A DNA stretch of 64,000 nucleotides from an uncultured Gammaproteobacteria bacterium (GCA_964540055.1 CAZILC010000005.1:5597-69596); one strand, 5' to 3'; numbered from the stretch's first letter, positions 1-9,500 are shown. Made by a program: numbers and translations. Notes: generated from the sequence alone by a model not told the origin.

Positions 1-197
1 AATCAATAAATACCGGATCAGTATTCGGTTATTTCGACAAAAAATTAAGTGAATGCATTCTTCCTTATGAGAAAGTAAGAAAGGCAAAAAATTCAGATAA
101 AGAAATACTCACTTTTTTTGAAAAAACCTACAAAGGATATGCCAAACTTGTTAACTGGAATATAAATAAATTTAGAGGAAAAAATCCACTGACGTAA
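1..197 (+). CDS. 3' end of a CDS entering from the left window edge; hypothetical (DUF5996-like C-terminus?)
   Basis: The frame is open from the window edge to TAA at 195-197: ...GYFDKKLSECILPYEKVRKAKNSDKEILTFFEKTYKGYAKLVNWNINKFRGKNPLT*. The LPYExVR...TY...W tail recalls DUF5996 C-termini (from memory only). It is absent from the ORF track because it has no start codon. Confidence 0.45.
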   Translation, partial: SINTGSVFGYFDKKLSECILPYEKVRKAKNSDKEILTFFEKTYKGYAKLVNWNINKFRGKNPLT

Positions 198-229
198 AAT
201 TATAGTTTCAATTCATTATGTTAATATAA

Positions 230-493
230 TTATTTAAGTGCGTGATTGATATCCTCTTTAATTTTTCTTTTTGTTTGTTCTAGATGTTTTACAAAATCTT
301 GATGTGCCTGCAAATTAGCCATGTCTATATCAGCAACTTTGTCTTCCATTTTTCCTCCTGCTGTTGCCAAACCACCTTTAACATGTTCGCCTTCTGCTTC
401 CATAAGTTTTCCTCTTAACACTTCAAAATGTCCATCTACTTTTTTTAACAAATCATTCACTGCTCTTTGGTTATCTTCTCTTTGATTATCCAT
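230..493 (-). CDS. small charged hypothetical protein (87 aa)
   Basis: ORF track gives 230..502. I prefer the ATG at 493: a perfect AGGAGGTGA Shine-Dalgarno lies just upstream and overlaps the TAG stop of the epoxide hydrolase gene, suggesting an operon. Confidence 0.6.
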   Translation of the reverse strand: MDNQREDNQRAVNDLLKKVDGHFEVLRGKLMEAEGEHVKGGLATAGGKMEDKVADIDMANLQAHQDFVKHLEQTKRKIKEDINHALK

Positions 494-505
494 ATATATC
501 ACCTC

Positions 506-1705
506 CTACCGTAAAGACGTAAATGCTTTTCGGATTTCTGAGGTAAAAAGTTCAGGCTCTTCCCAGGCCGCGAAGTGACCTCCTTTTTCGACCTTATTGA
601 AATACGAAACGTTGGGATAAGCTTTCTCGACCCAACTACGTGGGGTCTGCCAAATTTCGCCGGGAAATGTCGTGAAACCAACTGGAAGAGAAACATCAGG
701 AGGAGTTTTGCCAACTGGCTGCCCATTTTCCCAATAGGACCTTGCTGATGCAGCTCCAGTACCTGTCACCCAGTAAAGGGTAATATTATCAAGAATATGA
801 TCCTTCGTGAGATTGCCAGAGGGTTCATTGTCGACAAAAGCTTTGGAAATTTTGTAGTACGCGTCGGTATCGTGGTCTATCATCCAAGCAGCAAGAGCTG
901 CAGGAGAATCCAGTAGAGCATAGCCGATTGTTTGTGGCCTTGTCGCCATCTCAATAAAGTAACCTTTACCGCTAGTGCTGAACGTCGCAATATCCGCTAC
1001 TGCTTGTTGTTCCTCTTTGGTGTTAGCAGGCAAAATTTTGACATTTCCTAGTCCAGCAACAAACAAATTCATATGAATTCCGATAAGACCTTTAGGAGCT
1101 TGACGTCCCATTGCGTCGGTGACCGATGCCCCTACATCTCCGCCCTGAGCGACATATCGAGTATAGCCAAGAAGATGCATTAATTCAGCCCAAGCTTTAG
1201 CAACTCGCTCCACATTCCATCCTAGCTCTTTCGGTGCGGATGAGAAACCATAACCAGGGATTGAGGGAATAACGACATCAAACGCGTCTTCAACTTTTCC
1301 GCCAAATTTTGTAGGATCAGTCAACGGACCGACAATATCAAGCATTTCTATGACAGAACCAGGCCATCCATGCGTTATGATAATTGGCAGTGCATTTTTA
1401 TGCGGCGAAAGAACATGGATAAAATGAATATTAATTCCATCAATTTCGGTCATAAATTGCGGTAAAGTATTTAATTTTTTTTCAACTTTTCGCCAATCAT
1501 ATTCGTTCTGCCAATAATCAACTAATATTTTCATTGTATCTAACTGCACACCCTGAGACCGATCTGTAACCAATTCACGATTAGGAAATCGAGTCATTGC
1601 TAATCGATCATTAAGGTCTTCCAATTTTCTTTCGGGAACATCAATATTAAAAGAATGAATATCTTGCTTACTAGGAGAAATGTTGGTTAGTCTTATTTTG
1701 TCCAT
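506..1705 (-). CDS. epoxide hydrolase (alpha/beta hydrolase with N-terminal EHN domain)
   Basis: 399 aa. Contains the HGWPGS oxyanion motif, a GGDVGA nucleophile region, and an N-terminal F.....P...L.DL..RL cap typical of microsomal-type epoxide hydrolases. Confidence 0.88.
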   Translation of the reverse strand: MDKIRLTNISPSKQDIHSFNIDVPERKLEDLNDRLAMTRFPNRELVTDRSQGVQLDTMKILVDYWQNEYDWRKVEKKLNTLPQFMTEIDGINIHFIHVLSPHKNALPIIITHGWPGSVIEMLDIVGPLTDPTKFGGKVEDAFDVVIPSIPGYGFSSAPKELGWNVERVAKAWAELMHLLGYTRYVAQGGDVGASVTDAMGRQAPKGLIGIHMNLFVAGLGNVKILPANTKEEQQAVADIATFSTSGKGYFIEMATRPQTIGYALLDSPAALAAWMIDHDTDAYYKISKAFVDNEPSGNLTKDHILDNITLYWVTGTGAASARSYWENGQPVGKTPPDVSLPVGFTTFPGEIWQTPRSWVEKAYPNVSYFNKVEKGGHFAAWEEPELFTSEIRKAFTSLR

Positions 1706-1845
1706 ATGTCACTACAATTGTAATAGGCAAATGTAATATCCGAATAATTAGAAGATAAAGAAACCATAATAATAGTAAAAATACTTAGCGGAATATAGAA
1801 TGCGTAAAGCAAAATAAAAAAATAATTTTTGAAACGCATTGGGTG

Positions 1846-2472
1846 CTAATTGGATAGAACTGAATAAATAACAGTTCTTTGGTTATACGTTTGAATACTG
1901 TTATCCCATTGACCGTGACACGTAATTAAGTTTAATCGAATAGCATCATTTGATGCAAAAATCTGTCGAAGTGGTAATGCATCAACCGGATATACTTCGT
2001 TTCCTGTGACTGTGTAAGTGAGTTTTTTACCATTTTGATCGGTAACAATTATCTGATCACCAATTTGAAGCGTATCAAGATAATAAAATACTGCTGGGTT
2101 CCCATGAAAATCATCACTATGACCATCCAAAACCGTACTTCCCAGTTGGCCTGGTTTGGATCCTAAATTGTACCAACCGACATCAACAAAATTATTCGGT
2201 ACATCCATTGCATTGGTATTATCAAGTCCTACGGAAACAATGTTTGCAGAAAGACTAATTTTGGGAATCGAAAGATGTATTGGTGGATAATACTGCTGCG
2301 GCGTGGGTGTAGCAGTTGGTTGGATAGTAATTAAAGGCTGAACTAGTTCACTTGGCGTAGGTGATACATGAATTTCTGCGGAGGCTTTTGGTGTTTCGTT
2401 TTTTTGCGGAAACACAAAACAAAAAATCAACAGCATTACACACAGACTGATAAAGGGCAGCTTTCTTCTCAT
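1846..2472 (-). CDS. class F-type sortase (transpeptidase)
   Basis: N-terminal TM anchor, VGWYNLGSKPG...VLDGHSD (catalytic His), LNLITCHG (TLxTC Cys) and a downstream Arg (QRTVIY). Start set at ATG 2472 (MRRKLPF...) rather than the track's TTG at 2490. Confidence 0.8.
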   Translation of the reverse strand: MRRKLPFISLCVMLLIFCFVFPQKNETPKASAEIHVSPTPSELVQPLITIQPTATPTPQQYYPPIHLSIPKISLSANIVSVGLDNTNAMDVPNNFVDVGWYNLGSKPGQLGSTVLDGHSDDFHGNPAVFYYLDTLQIGDQIIVTDQNGKKLTYTVTGNEVYPVDALPLRQIFASNDAIRLNLITCHGQWDNSIQTYNQRTVIYSVLSN

Positions 2473-2633
2473 GACACGCAAGCTTGCCAATTCTACATCA
2501 ATAAAAATAATATTTCAAACTCGTGAGTAGTAAGGCTAATAAGCAAAATCTTACTTACCCCTTACCGTTTAGTAACTGTTCTATTAGATTTGAACTATAA
2601 ACTACGTAACTATATATGAAAGGGGGTGAATAT

Positions 2634-2873
2634 ATGAGAAAAACAATATTTGGAATAGTTGCAGCTTTAGCAATATCATTTTTTGCGACAGTTGCTGTAT
2701 CAAATAGTGCTCACGCGCAAACTACGACTACAGTAACGCCTAATACAACAACGAACACAACAAATGATACAACTAATACAACTGCAAATGCTACGACGAA
2801 TTCAACGAGTAATTCGACGGACAATACAACGGTTCCATCAGGAGCGCCGAAAACCGGTTTCCAGCCTAAATAG
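2634..2873 (+). CDS. small secreted Thr/Asn-rich protein ending in an APKTG sortase-like motif
   Basis: Strong SD (GGGGGTGA) before ATG 2634. Signal peptide MRKTIFGIVAALAISFFATVAVSNSAHA, followed by eight N-x-S/T sequons within about 35 aa. The C-terminus is ...VPSGAPKTGFQPK*. Confidence 0.65.
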   Translation: MRKTIFGIVAALAISFFATVAVSNSAHAQTTTTVTPNTTTNTTNDTTNTTANATTNSTSNSTDNTTVPSGAPKTGFQPK

Positions 2874-2939
2874 TCGGCAACGAATTCTGGGAAATGCAAT
2901 GATGTGGTAAAAGCGTCATTGTATTTCTCTCAATTCACG

Positions 2940-3500
2940 ATGAACAATAAAAAAGTAATTCTTGCTATATTTCTAGCCTGTATCGTTGGTATTGTCGGTG
3001 GAGTTTTCTATAAAAATAGTGTTAGAAAAACTGCATCGCAAACAGTAGCAGATTCGCCAATACCTCAAATGCTCGATATTCCCTCAATCCAGGTACATGC
3101 TCACATTGAATCAGTAGGTCTTGATAAAGATAATCTTATGGATGTCCCCAAGAATACAAATGATGTAGCTTGGTACAATCTAGGGCCAAAACCCGGGGCA
3201 AGTGGCAATGCGGTAATTGATGGACATGTTGATACGCAAACCGGAGCTCCGGCTGTTTTTGCTCATTTGAGCAAAGTCAAAGTGGGGGATACGATTACAA
3301 TTACTGAAACGAAAACGAGTAAGCACACATTTCAAGTTACCTCAATTGAAAGTCTTCCAACTGAAACATTTCCAATAAGTCGAGTTTTTGGCAGTTCTCA
3401 AGAAACGCATTTAAACCTCATAACCTGTGATGGCACCTGGGACAGGAAAGCAAAAAATTATTCAAAGAGGTTGGTTGTATTTAGTAAAATGATACAATAA
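2940..3500 (+). CDS. class F-type sortase (second copy)
   Basis: Motifs VAWYNLGPKPG...VIDGHVD, LNLITCDG and KRLVVF, with an N-terminal TM anchor MNNKKVILAIFLACIVGIVGG. ATG 2940 is preferred over the track's GTG at 2904. Confidence 0.8.
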   Translation: MNNKKVILAIFLACIVGIVGGVFYKNSVRKTASQTVADSPIPQMLDIPSIQVHAHIESVGLDKDNLMDVPKNTNDVAWYNLGPKPGASGNAVIDGHVDTQTGAPAVFAHLSKVKVGDTITITETKTSKHTFQVTSIESLPTETFPISRVFGSSQETHLNLITCDGTWDRKAKNYSKRLVVFSKMIQ

Positions 3501-3507
3501 AAATAAG

Positions 3508-3912
3508 ATGACTGAAGAAAAAAATCCTACGCAGCAAATAGATGACATTATCAAAAACGCCGAAGAATGGAAAGGTAAAAAGTTATCATTACTGAGAAAC
3601 ATCATTACACAAGCTGACCCTGAAGTGATCGAAGAAGTGAAATGGAAAAAACCTTCAAAACCAGAAGGTGTTGCTGTTTGGTCACATTCTGGTATTATTT
3701 GTGTTGCAGATATTCTAAAAAACGCAGTCCGTCTTACATTTCCGAAAGGTGCGAAGCTTAAAGATCCCAAAAAACTTTTTAACACACGATTGGATAGTAA
3801 TTCAGTACGTGCAATAGATTTTTTTGATGTGAGCGCACTAGATGAAGAGGGGTTAAAACTTCTCATTATAGAAGGAGTAAGAATAAATCAACAAAAGGAA
3901 CAAAAAAAATAA
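3508..3912 (+). CDS. DUF1801 (YdhG-like) domain protein
   Basis: The pattern ...LRNIITQADPEVIEEVKWKKPSKPEGVAVWSHSG...VRLTFPKGAKLKDP... matches the DUF1801 pattern as I remember it. An extended -10 (TGaTACAAT) lies 9 nt upstream of the ATG. Confidence 0.65.
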   Translation: MTEEKNPTQQIDDIIKNAEEWKGKKLSLLRNIITQADPEVIEEVKWKKPSKPEGVAVWSHSGIICVADILKNAVRLTFPKGAKLKDPKKLFNTRLDSNSVRAIDFFDVSALDEEGLKLLIIEGVRINQQKEQKK

Positions 3913-3914
3913 AT

Positions 3915-4304
3915 TTAAGAAGCCGGTTCAAAGAGTTCAATACAATTGCCTTCTGGATCGAGAATATGGACGAATTTGCCATATTCAGAATCACTAATTT
4001 CATCAACTATTGTGACCTTTGCCTTTTTTAATTCTTTAACCAATTCTTCAATATTTTCTACACGATAGTTAATAATAAACTCTTTTTTTGATGAATTGAA
4101 TTGTTCGGTGTCACAAGTAGACACACTCCAAACAGTATATCCTTCCTTTTCAGGATTATCCTTCTCGCGCCATTCAAACATGACACCCCACTCAGTTACA
4201 GGCAAACCGAGATTTTTTTTATACCATTCATTCATTTTTTTAGGATCATCGGATTTAAAGAAAATACCGCCTATGCCTGTCACTTTTTTGGTCTTCTCTG
4301 CCAT
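3915..4304 (-). CDS. VOC / glyoxalase-bleomycin resistance family protein
   Basis: GIGGIFFKSDDPKKMNEWYKKNLGL...FVHILDPEGNCIELFEP. Start chosen at ATG 4304 (MAEKTKK...); the track's start at 4322 remains possible. Confidence 0.78.
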   Translation of the reverse strand: MAEKTKKVTGIGGIFFKSDDPKKMNEWYKKNLGLPVTEWGVMFEWREKDNPEKEGYTVWSVSTCDTEQFNSSKKEFIINYRVENIEELVKELKKAKVTIVDEISDSEYGKFVHILDPEGNCIELFEPAS

Positions 4305-4383
4305 ACATGTATTCTCCCACATGTATCACGAAATATCAATAATATGACCCATCAATGTTGCTATAGTGGCATAATATGTGTGG

Positions 4384-4412
4384 TTGACACATTTAAATGA
4401 TAAATTTATAAT
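4384..4412 (+). promoter_or_regulatory. consensus sigma70-type promoter (TTGACA-17-TATAAT)
   Basis: TTGACA at 4384-4389, a 17-nt spacer, and TATAAT at 4407-4412. A second -10-like TATATA at 4427-4432 lies 6 nt before ATG 4439. Confidence 0.6.
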
Positions 4413-4438
4413 ATAGGCTATATTTTTATATAAATTTT

Positions 4439-4951
4439 ATGGCTAAACTTGAAAATGTTGTAAATATTTCGCTTGCCACGGGTATTGTGCTTACTGCTGG
4501 TTCAATTCCTGCAGCCTTTGCATATAGAGGCGCCAAAGATACTTCATGGAGAGCGAGATTTGGTGTAGTATGTCCAGTACCTAAAAGGTTAATACCTGAT
4601 TTGGCCGGAGGAGTAAACCCTTTTCCTCCAACAGGTATACTATGGCATAATGCTAGTGGTAGAGTAGAATGTACAGATGCAATATTCGGCTTAGGTGCCA
4701 CTGTTAGAAGAGATCCAGTAACAATAGTTTCTCTTCCCCCCACAGGAAAACTACAAACTCCACCAGATGAATCAGTATTTACGCTTACCGGAAGGGGTCA
4801 GGATGTATCTATGCGTGTGGCAGGAAGTACAGTTACTTTTAGTGGTTTTGGCGTTAGTGTTACCTCCCAAAGCGGGGTATTTGCCCGGTCAGCAGAACCA
4901 AGTTACGAGCCGAAAATTAAAATTATACCTCAACCCCCTATAGCTGCGTAA
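4439..4951 (+). CDS. hypothetical protein (170 aa), Gly/Pro/Val/Thr/Arg-rich ORFan
   Basis: Clear codon periodicity: third positions are A/T-rich and first positions G-rich. The composition is unlike the Lys/Asn/Ile-rich neighbours. I recognise no domain. Confidence 0.5.
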   Translation: MAKLENVVNISLATGIVLTAGSIPAAFAYRGAKDTSWRARFGVVCPVPKRLIPDLAGGVNPFPPTGILWHNASGRVECTDAIFGLGATVRRDPVTIVSLPPTGKLQTPPDESVFTLTGRGQDVSMRVAGSTVTFSGFGVSVTSQSGVFARSAEPSYEPKIKIIPQPPIAA

Positions 4952-4958
4952 ATTTACA

Positions 4959-5564
4959 TTATACCTTTTTAAGAGTCGCAGAAGGTTCGTACGTTGCATA
5001 TACGATGCCTGTTGTCGTAATTTTTGTATCAACCACTTTGAACCTCTCTGGTTGTGTTCCCTCTGCGAATAATTTTTTGCCTATGCCGATGGTAATAGGG
5101 TAAGTCCAAATATGCATTCGATCGATAAGATCGTGTGTAAGGAGAGTCTGGATAAGATTCCCACTGCCCCAAACGCAAAGATCCGGACCATCGTTCTTTT
5201 TTAACTTTGTTAACGTTTCAACAACATCTCCAATGATAAGTTCAGATTTTTCCCACGTGAGTGTAAAAGTTTTATGCGAAACCACATACTTTGTTGCTTT
5301 ATCGAATCGTTTACCCCAGGTAGGTTCATCTGCGTGTTTTGGCCAAAAAGCTGCCCAAATATCATAGGTACGCCGTCCGAGAAGTAAATCATAGGGAGTA
5401 TCCATAAATTTGACCATTAATTTGTCAGCAATTTCATCTTTTTCGTCCCAAGCGAATTGCCATCCACCGTATTTAAATCCGCCTGTTGTATCTTCTTCCG
5501 GCCCGCCGGGTGCCTGCATTACGCCATCAAGGGTAACAAATGTAGTTGTAATTATTTTTCTCAT
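4959..5564 (-). CDS. dihydrofolate reductase family protein (RibD C-terminal domain type)
   Basis: MRKIITTTFVTLDGVMQAPGGPEEDTTGGFKYGGW...GRRTYD...VWGSGNL. Start at ATG 5564, with TGtTAAAAT 7 nt upstream (leaderless pattern). Confidence 0.85.
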   Translation of the reverse strand: MRKIITTTFVTLDGVMQAPGGPEEDTTGGFKYGGWQFAWDEKDEIADKLMVKFMDTPYDLLLGRRTYDIWAAFWPKHADEPTWGKRFDKATKYVVSHKTFTLTWEKSELIIGDVVETLTKLKKNDGPDLCVWGSGNLIQTLLTHDLIDRMHIWTYPITIGIGKKLFAEGTQPERFKVVDTKITTTGIVYATYEPSATLKKV

Positions 5565-5614
5565 CCAGATTATTTTAACACAACAAAAACAAAATGGCAT
5601 GATAAAATAAGGTT
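5565..5614. promoter_or_regulatory. back-to-back extended -10 promoters for two leaderless genes
   Basis: Minus strand: TGtTAAAAT (complement of 5572-5580), then 7 nt, then ATG 5564. Plus strand: TGaTAAAAT (5600-5608), then 6 nt, then ATG 5615. Confidence 0.6.
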
Positions 5615-6022
5615 ATGAAGACCGTAAAAGTTGGGCAAAAAGCAGTGAGAAAAAAGACTATGACCAAAAATGATATTAAACTTTTTACTGAACTGACTGG
5701 TGATCATCAGGCACTTCACTATGATGAAAAATTAGCTCATCGATTGGGTCTCGCCGCACCAATAGTTCAAGGAGGAGTTATTACCGGAATATTTAACGCA
5801 ATAGTAGCGCACGATTTACCGGGGGAGGGAAGTGTCTTTCTCAATGTTAACTGGAATTTTCGAAAAGTTATTTGTATAGGTGACACAGTGACAGCGGAAG
5901 TTGAAGTTATATCAGTAAGAGAGGACAAACCCATTGTCCAGTTAAAAACCACTATTATCAATCAAGACAAAGACCTCTGTCTTGATGGTACGGCACTGGT
6001 GTATATGAGAGACATCAGTTAA
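5615..6022 (+). CDS. MaoC-like (R)-specific enoyl-CoA hydratase / hot-dog fold dehydratase
   Basis: FTELTGDHQALHYDEKLAHRLGLAAPIVQGGVITGIF...; 135 aa, typical of single hot-dog proteins. Confidence 0.85.
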   Translation: MKTVKVGQKAVRKKTMTKNDIKLFTELTGDHQALHYDEKLAHRLGLAAPIVQGGVITGIFNAIVAHDLPGEGSVFLNVNWNFRKVICIGDTVTAEVEVISVREDKPIVQLKTTIINQDKDLCLDGTALVYMRDIS

Positions 6023-6087
6023 AAACTCTTCTTGAAAAGTTTCAATTCCCTGTTTGAGTGCATAGGAAACTAATAATTATTCTGAGG

Positions 6088-6393
6088 CTACTGAAATAAT
6101 ATGATAGCTACAACCATAAGAATATATACTCCCACCCACAATGCTCCTTCAATCACAAGAGGTCGGATACCTTTTGTTATTGCATATAGTAGGAAAATAA
6201 CTCCAAATAGTACATATAATAGCCACGTGGTAAGTGCTAGACTTTGGACATTGTGTGTCGTATATACTTTTATCAATTGGGGTATCGCTGTAGCAGGATA
6301 TGCCAAAGCGACAAAATAAATTAATTTATTGATAGGCTGATTCTGTTTTGATTTTTTAAAATTTCGAGAAGTATGTTGTTTGGTTAGAAGCAT
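6088..6393 (-). CDS. SemiSWEET / PQ-loop family small membrane transporter
   Basis: 101 aa with three predicted TM helices and a PQ motif (AIPQLIKVY) after TM1. ATG 6393 is preferred over the track's TTG at 6438. Confidence 0.65.
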   Translation of the reverse strand: MLLTKQHTSRNFKKSKQNQPINKLIYFVALAYPATAIPQLIKVYTTHNVQSLALTTWLLYVLFGVIFLLYAITKGIRPLVIEGALWVGVYILMVVAIILFQ

Positions 6394-6509
6394 ATACCAT
6401 AAAAAGTATATACTAATTTTACATTTGCAGTCGAGCAAAAGCTACTTTATATCCAGCGCAGAGCTTCGAATTAGTAGAAATTACCAGAAGCATGGAAACT
6501 AATTATCAT

Positions 6510-9500
6510 CTACGATTGACCAGCGGCTTTAAAAGCGGCAACTTGCATAACCTCGTCACCACTTTGGGCTGCGGTAGCGCTGTACGTGCCTGTGGCAGTA
6601 ACAACTTTATCTTCAATTATATCTGAATCTGGATTGGTAATAATTCTGAGGGTATAGCCACTTCCTGCTGCTGAGAAAACGCCTGACGTACTTCCTGAAG
6701 CGAAAAGTAATTCAGTTGGTTTTGAAGTCGTTATGTTTCCACTTGTTGCTGTTGCTGGGCTTCCTGTTGCAGAACTTTGTACATCAAAAGGACTTACTTG
6801 ATCAAGACCACTATATTCCTGAATTCGAATGTCTGGATAATGAACGGCTGTTGAGAATTTAACGGTAATAATATTGGCTCCAGCTGGTGCTTGTTTGATG
6901 TTGGGCGCATAATAAATTGCTTGATACATGCTTGCACTGAGCGTCAAAGGCGCAGCTACAGAATACGTATTCCCTTCGGTATCTGTTACTGACGTAATTG
7001 TTGCAGCAGTGTTATAAAATCCGATTGCAATTATATTGGTATTTCCACTTGTCTGCGCTTGGGAGTAGGGTATTGTTACAGTACTTTGAGCGCTCTGTGG
7101 TGTAGTACTGTTGAGTTGAACAAATGCCGGAGTTGTCGGTGGAGGGGAAGCAGTCGTTGTTGTCGCGTTAACGGGATCAGATTGAGGTGAAGAATTGCCA
7201 GCCAAATCATAAGATGAAACTGTATACGTGTATGATGTATTTTGTGCCAATCCACTGTCTGTATAAGATGTTGTTGAGCTGGTGCCAACCTGCGTTCCAT
7301 TTCGATATATTCTATATCCTGCCACATTGACATTGTCCGTACTCGCGGTCCATGACAAACCAACGGTTGATCCTGTTGTCGCTGTGACAGTAAGATTGGT
7401 TGGGATAGTTGGCGGCGTAGTATCTGCAACTGCATTCCCGTCGAGCACGAGTAACCAATCGCCATTGCCTTCGGAATTTAGACCAGGAGTTGTGAATTGT
7501 ACCGAACCGCTGTTTGCAGCAAACGGAGAACCATTTATTGCATGGAATGTATTATTACTTGGATCAAACCATTGCGCATTAATGGGTCCTGCCAACAAGT
7601 TAAGATTCACACTTATGGTACGAGAAGTGGGCACATAGACTGCACCGAAACCTCCATCCGGAGTTACTGCTGCCGTTGCATAATCATTTTGCAAAACATC
7701 ATCTTGTGCGGAATCATAGGTACCTGCACCTGCAGTGAGGAAGGTATGTGTCTGATCAGGCACAAGATTGTACCATTCGCGAGCTGTGAAGAGATTTTTC
7801 ATATATTGTAATTGTGTCGCTCCTGATGTATCCAGATGAGCTTGTTCATCTGCCCAACTCGTCGCACAATCCCATGAGTAACAGTTACCATATATTTGTC
7901 CAGCGTTACCACCAGAAGTCGCGGTCCAATACTCTTGTCTTCTAAGTGTTTCATCGGTTGTGGCCGGACCACCTGTATTGTTTTCAAATTCATAATTTGC
8001 TTCCTGCATATACGTTGGCATGGTGGGAGTTTGATTATATGCGTGCAGCACTTCGTCATAGGTTGGATAGTAGGTATAAGCACCGTTCATATTAATAATC
8101 GATGCCCAATTTTGGTCATCAAGTGATGAGCTAATAGTTCCATTAAGCTGAACTGTATGCATGTGATTGGAGTCGACTGATTTAATGCCATTTGCAATAG
8201 CAGTAACTTCAGCATCTTGAGTAGGATCTGTCCAGCCACCATAGTCATTTCCTGTAAACCATACTATATTAGGAAGATCTTTGAACGTATTGCCAAGAAA
8301 AACACCAAAATTGAAATCCTTGGTTACACCATTACTTTCATACTGACTCTGCCAACCGGCTGTTTCCATCGGATCGAGAAATACGGTAACACCATGCTGA
8401 GCCGCACTATTTACCATATTATGAAGTCGTTGGAAATACACAGGATTTGGTGTTGAGAAGTCATTAGGTGATGTAAAAGGTCCTATGCCATCATAGGTAG
8501 TACCATCGGCCCGTCCACCTGCATAGCTGTTAACCAATACTTGCATCCAGGCAGCATTAATACCAAAGGATTGACGGTCGGCAAAGTACTGATCTGCTTG
8601 TGCTTCTGTTAAATTGACGGCGAGAGAATGCGGTGAATCTCCCACAATCATATAAGGATTGCCATTTTGATCGAGCAGATAGCGATGATTCGCACTGACG
8701 CTCTTGGCAAAAGGAAAATTGGGTGTTCCTGTTGGTGTTGGCGTAGGAATTTGGGTAGGTGTTGGAGAAGCTGATGGAATCGTTGTAGGAGTTGGGGTTG
8801 GGGTGGCAGTTGGTAGAAGTGTAGGAGTCGGCGTATTTGTAGGAGTTGGTATTCCTGTTGGGGTTGGGGTAGGTGCAACAGTATTTGATGCTTTAAAGCT
8901 TGCCATTTGTATTACATATGCGCCGCTTTGTTTGGCTGTAACACTATATGATCCTATCGTTGTTACTATCTTGTCTTCGACGATATCAGAGTCTGGATTG
9001 GTAATAATTCGTTTGGTAAAACCGGTCCCCGCTGCAGAAAATGCTCCCGATGTATCTCCAGCTCCAAATATCAGTTCATTTGCAACAGCAGTTGAAACAG
9101 AAGCCGTGGTTGCTGTAGCGGAAGTACCTGACGCAGACGAAAATTTATCAAATGGATTTGTCGCATCCAAGCCACTATACTCACTTGCGCGTAAATCTAC
9201 AAAGGCAGCCGGCGCATTAAATGTAACAGTTACGGTATTTGCATTTACTGCCGCTCCTGCAATATTTTTGGCATAATAAATCGCCTGACTTTGTTGACTT
9301 CCATGCATTGTTGGCGCAGCAACGGCATAAGCATTTCCTTTGCTATCTGTCACACTTACGATATTTGAAGTAGTATCGCCCCAACCAATTGCAAGTATAT
9401 TGGTATTGCCAGCAGTTTGCGCTTTGGTAAACGTAACGGTTACCGCTGTCTGATTAGTTTGTGGCTGCGCTGCAACTACTTGTACAAATGCCGGACCTGC

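Noticed and set aside
2871-2942. The small Thr/Asn-rich ORF and the downstream sortase ORF are in the same frame, separated only by TAG at 2871-2873. Readthrough would append a hydrophobic stretch plus a basic tail after APKTG, mimicking a full sorting signal.
   Set aside because: The hydrophobic segment is simply the sortase's own N-terminal membrane anchor, which has a good ATG (2940). Sharing a frame has a 1-in-3 chance. Nothing else in the window suggests TAG reassignment, since TAG terminates other well-supported genes such as the epoxide hydrolase.
4419-4951. Possible large structured ncRNA (RNase P RNA, tmRNA, or other) downstream of the perfect promoter at 4384-4412. The region is G+C-richer, open on both strands, and ends ...IAA* like a tmRNA tag.
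   Set aside because: There is no RNase P P4 or GGAAAGUCC motif, no tRNA-like 5' GGGG / 3' T-arm-CCA ends for tmRNA, and no group I or II intron signatures. The plus frame shows clear three-base periodicity typical of coding sequence.
8704-9276. 190-aa plus-strand ORF rich in Gly/Val repeats (VGVGVG...).
   Set aside because: It is the antisense shadow of the Pro/Thr linker and Ala/Thr-rich domain of the 1032-aa hydrolase gene. It has no independent start context.
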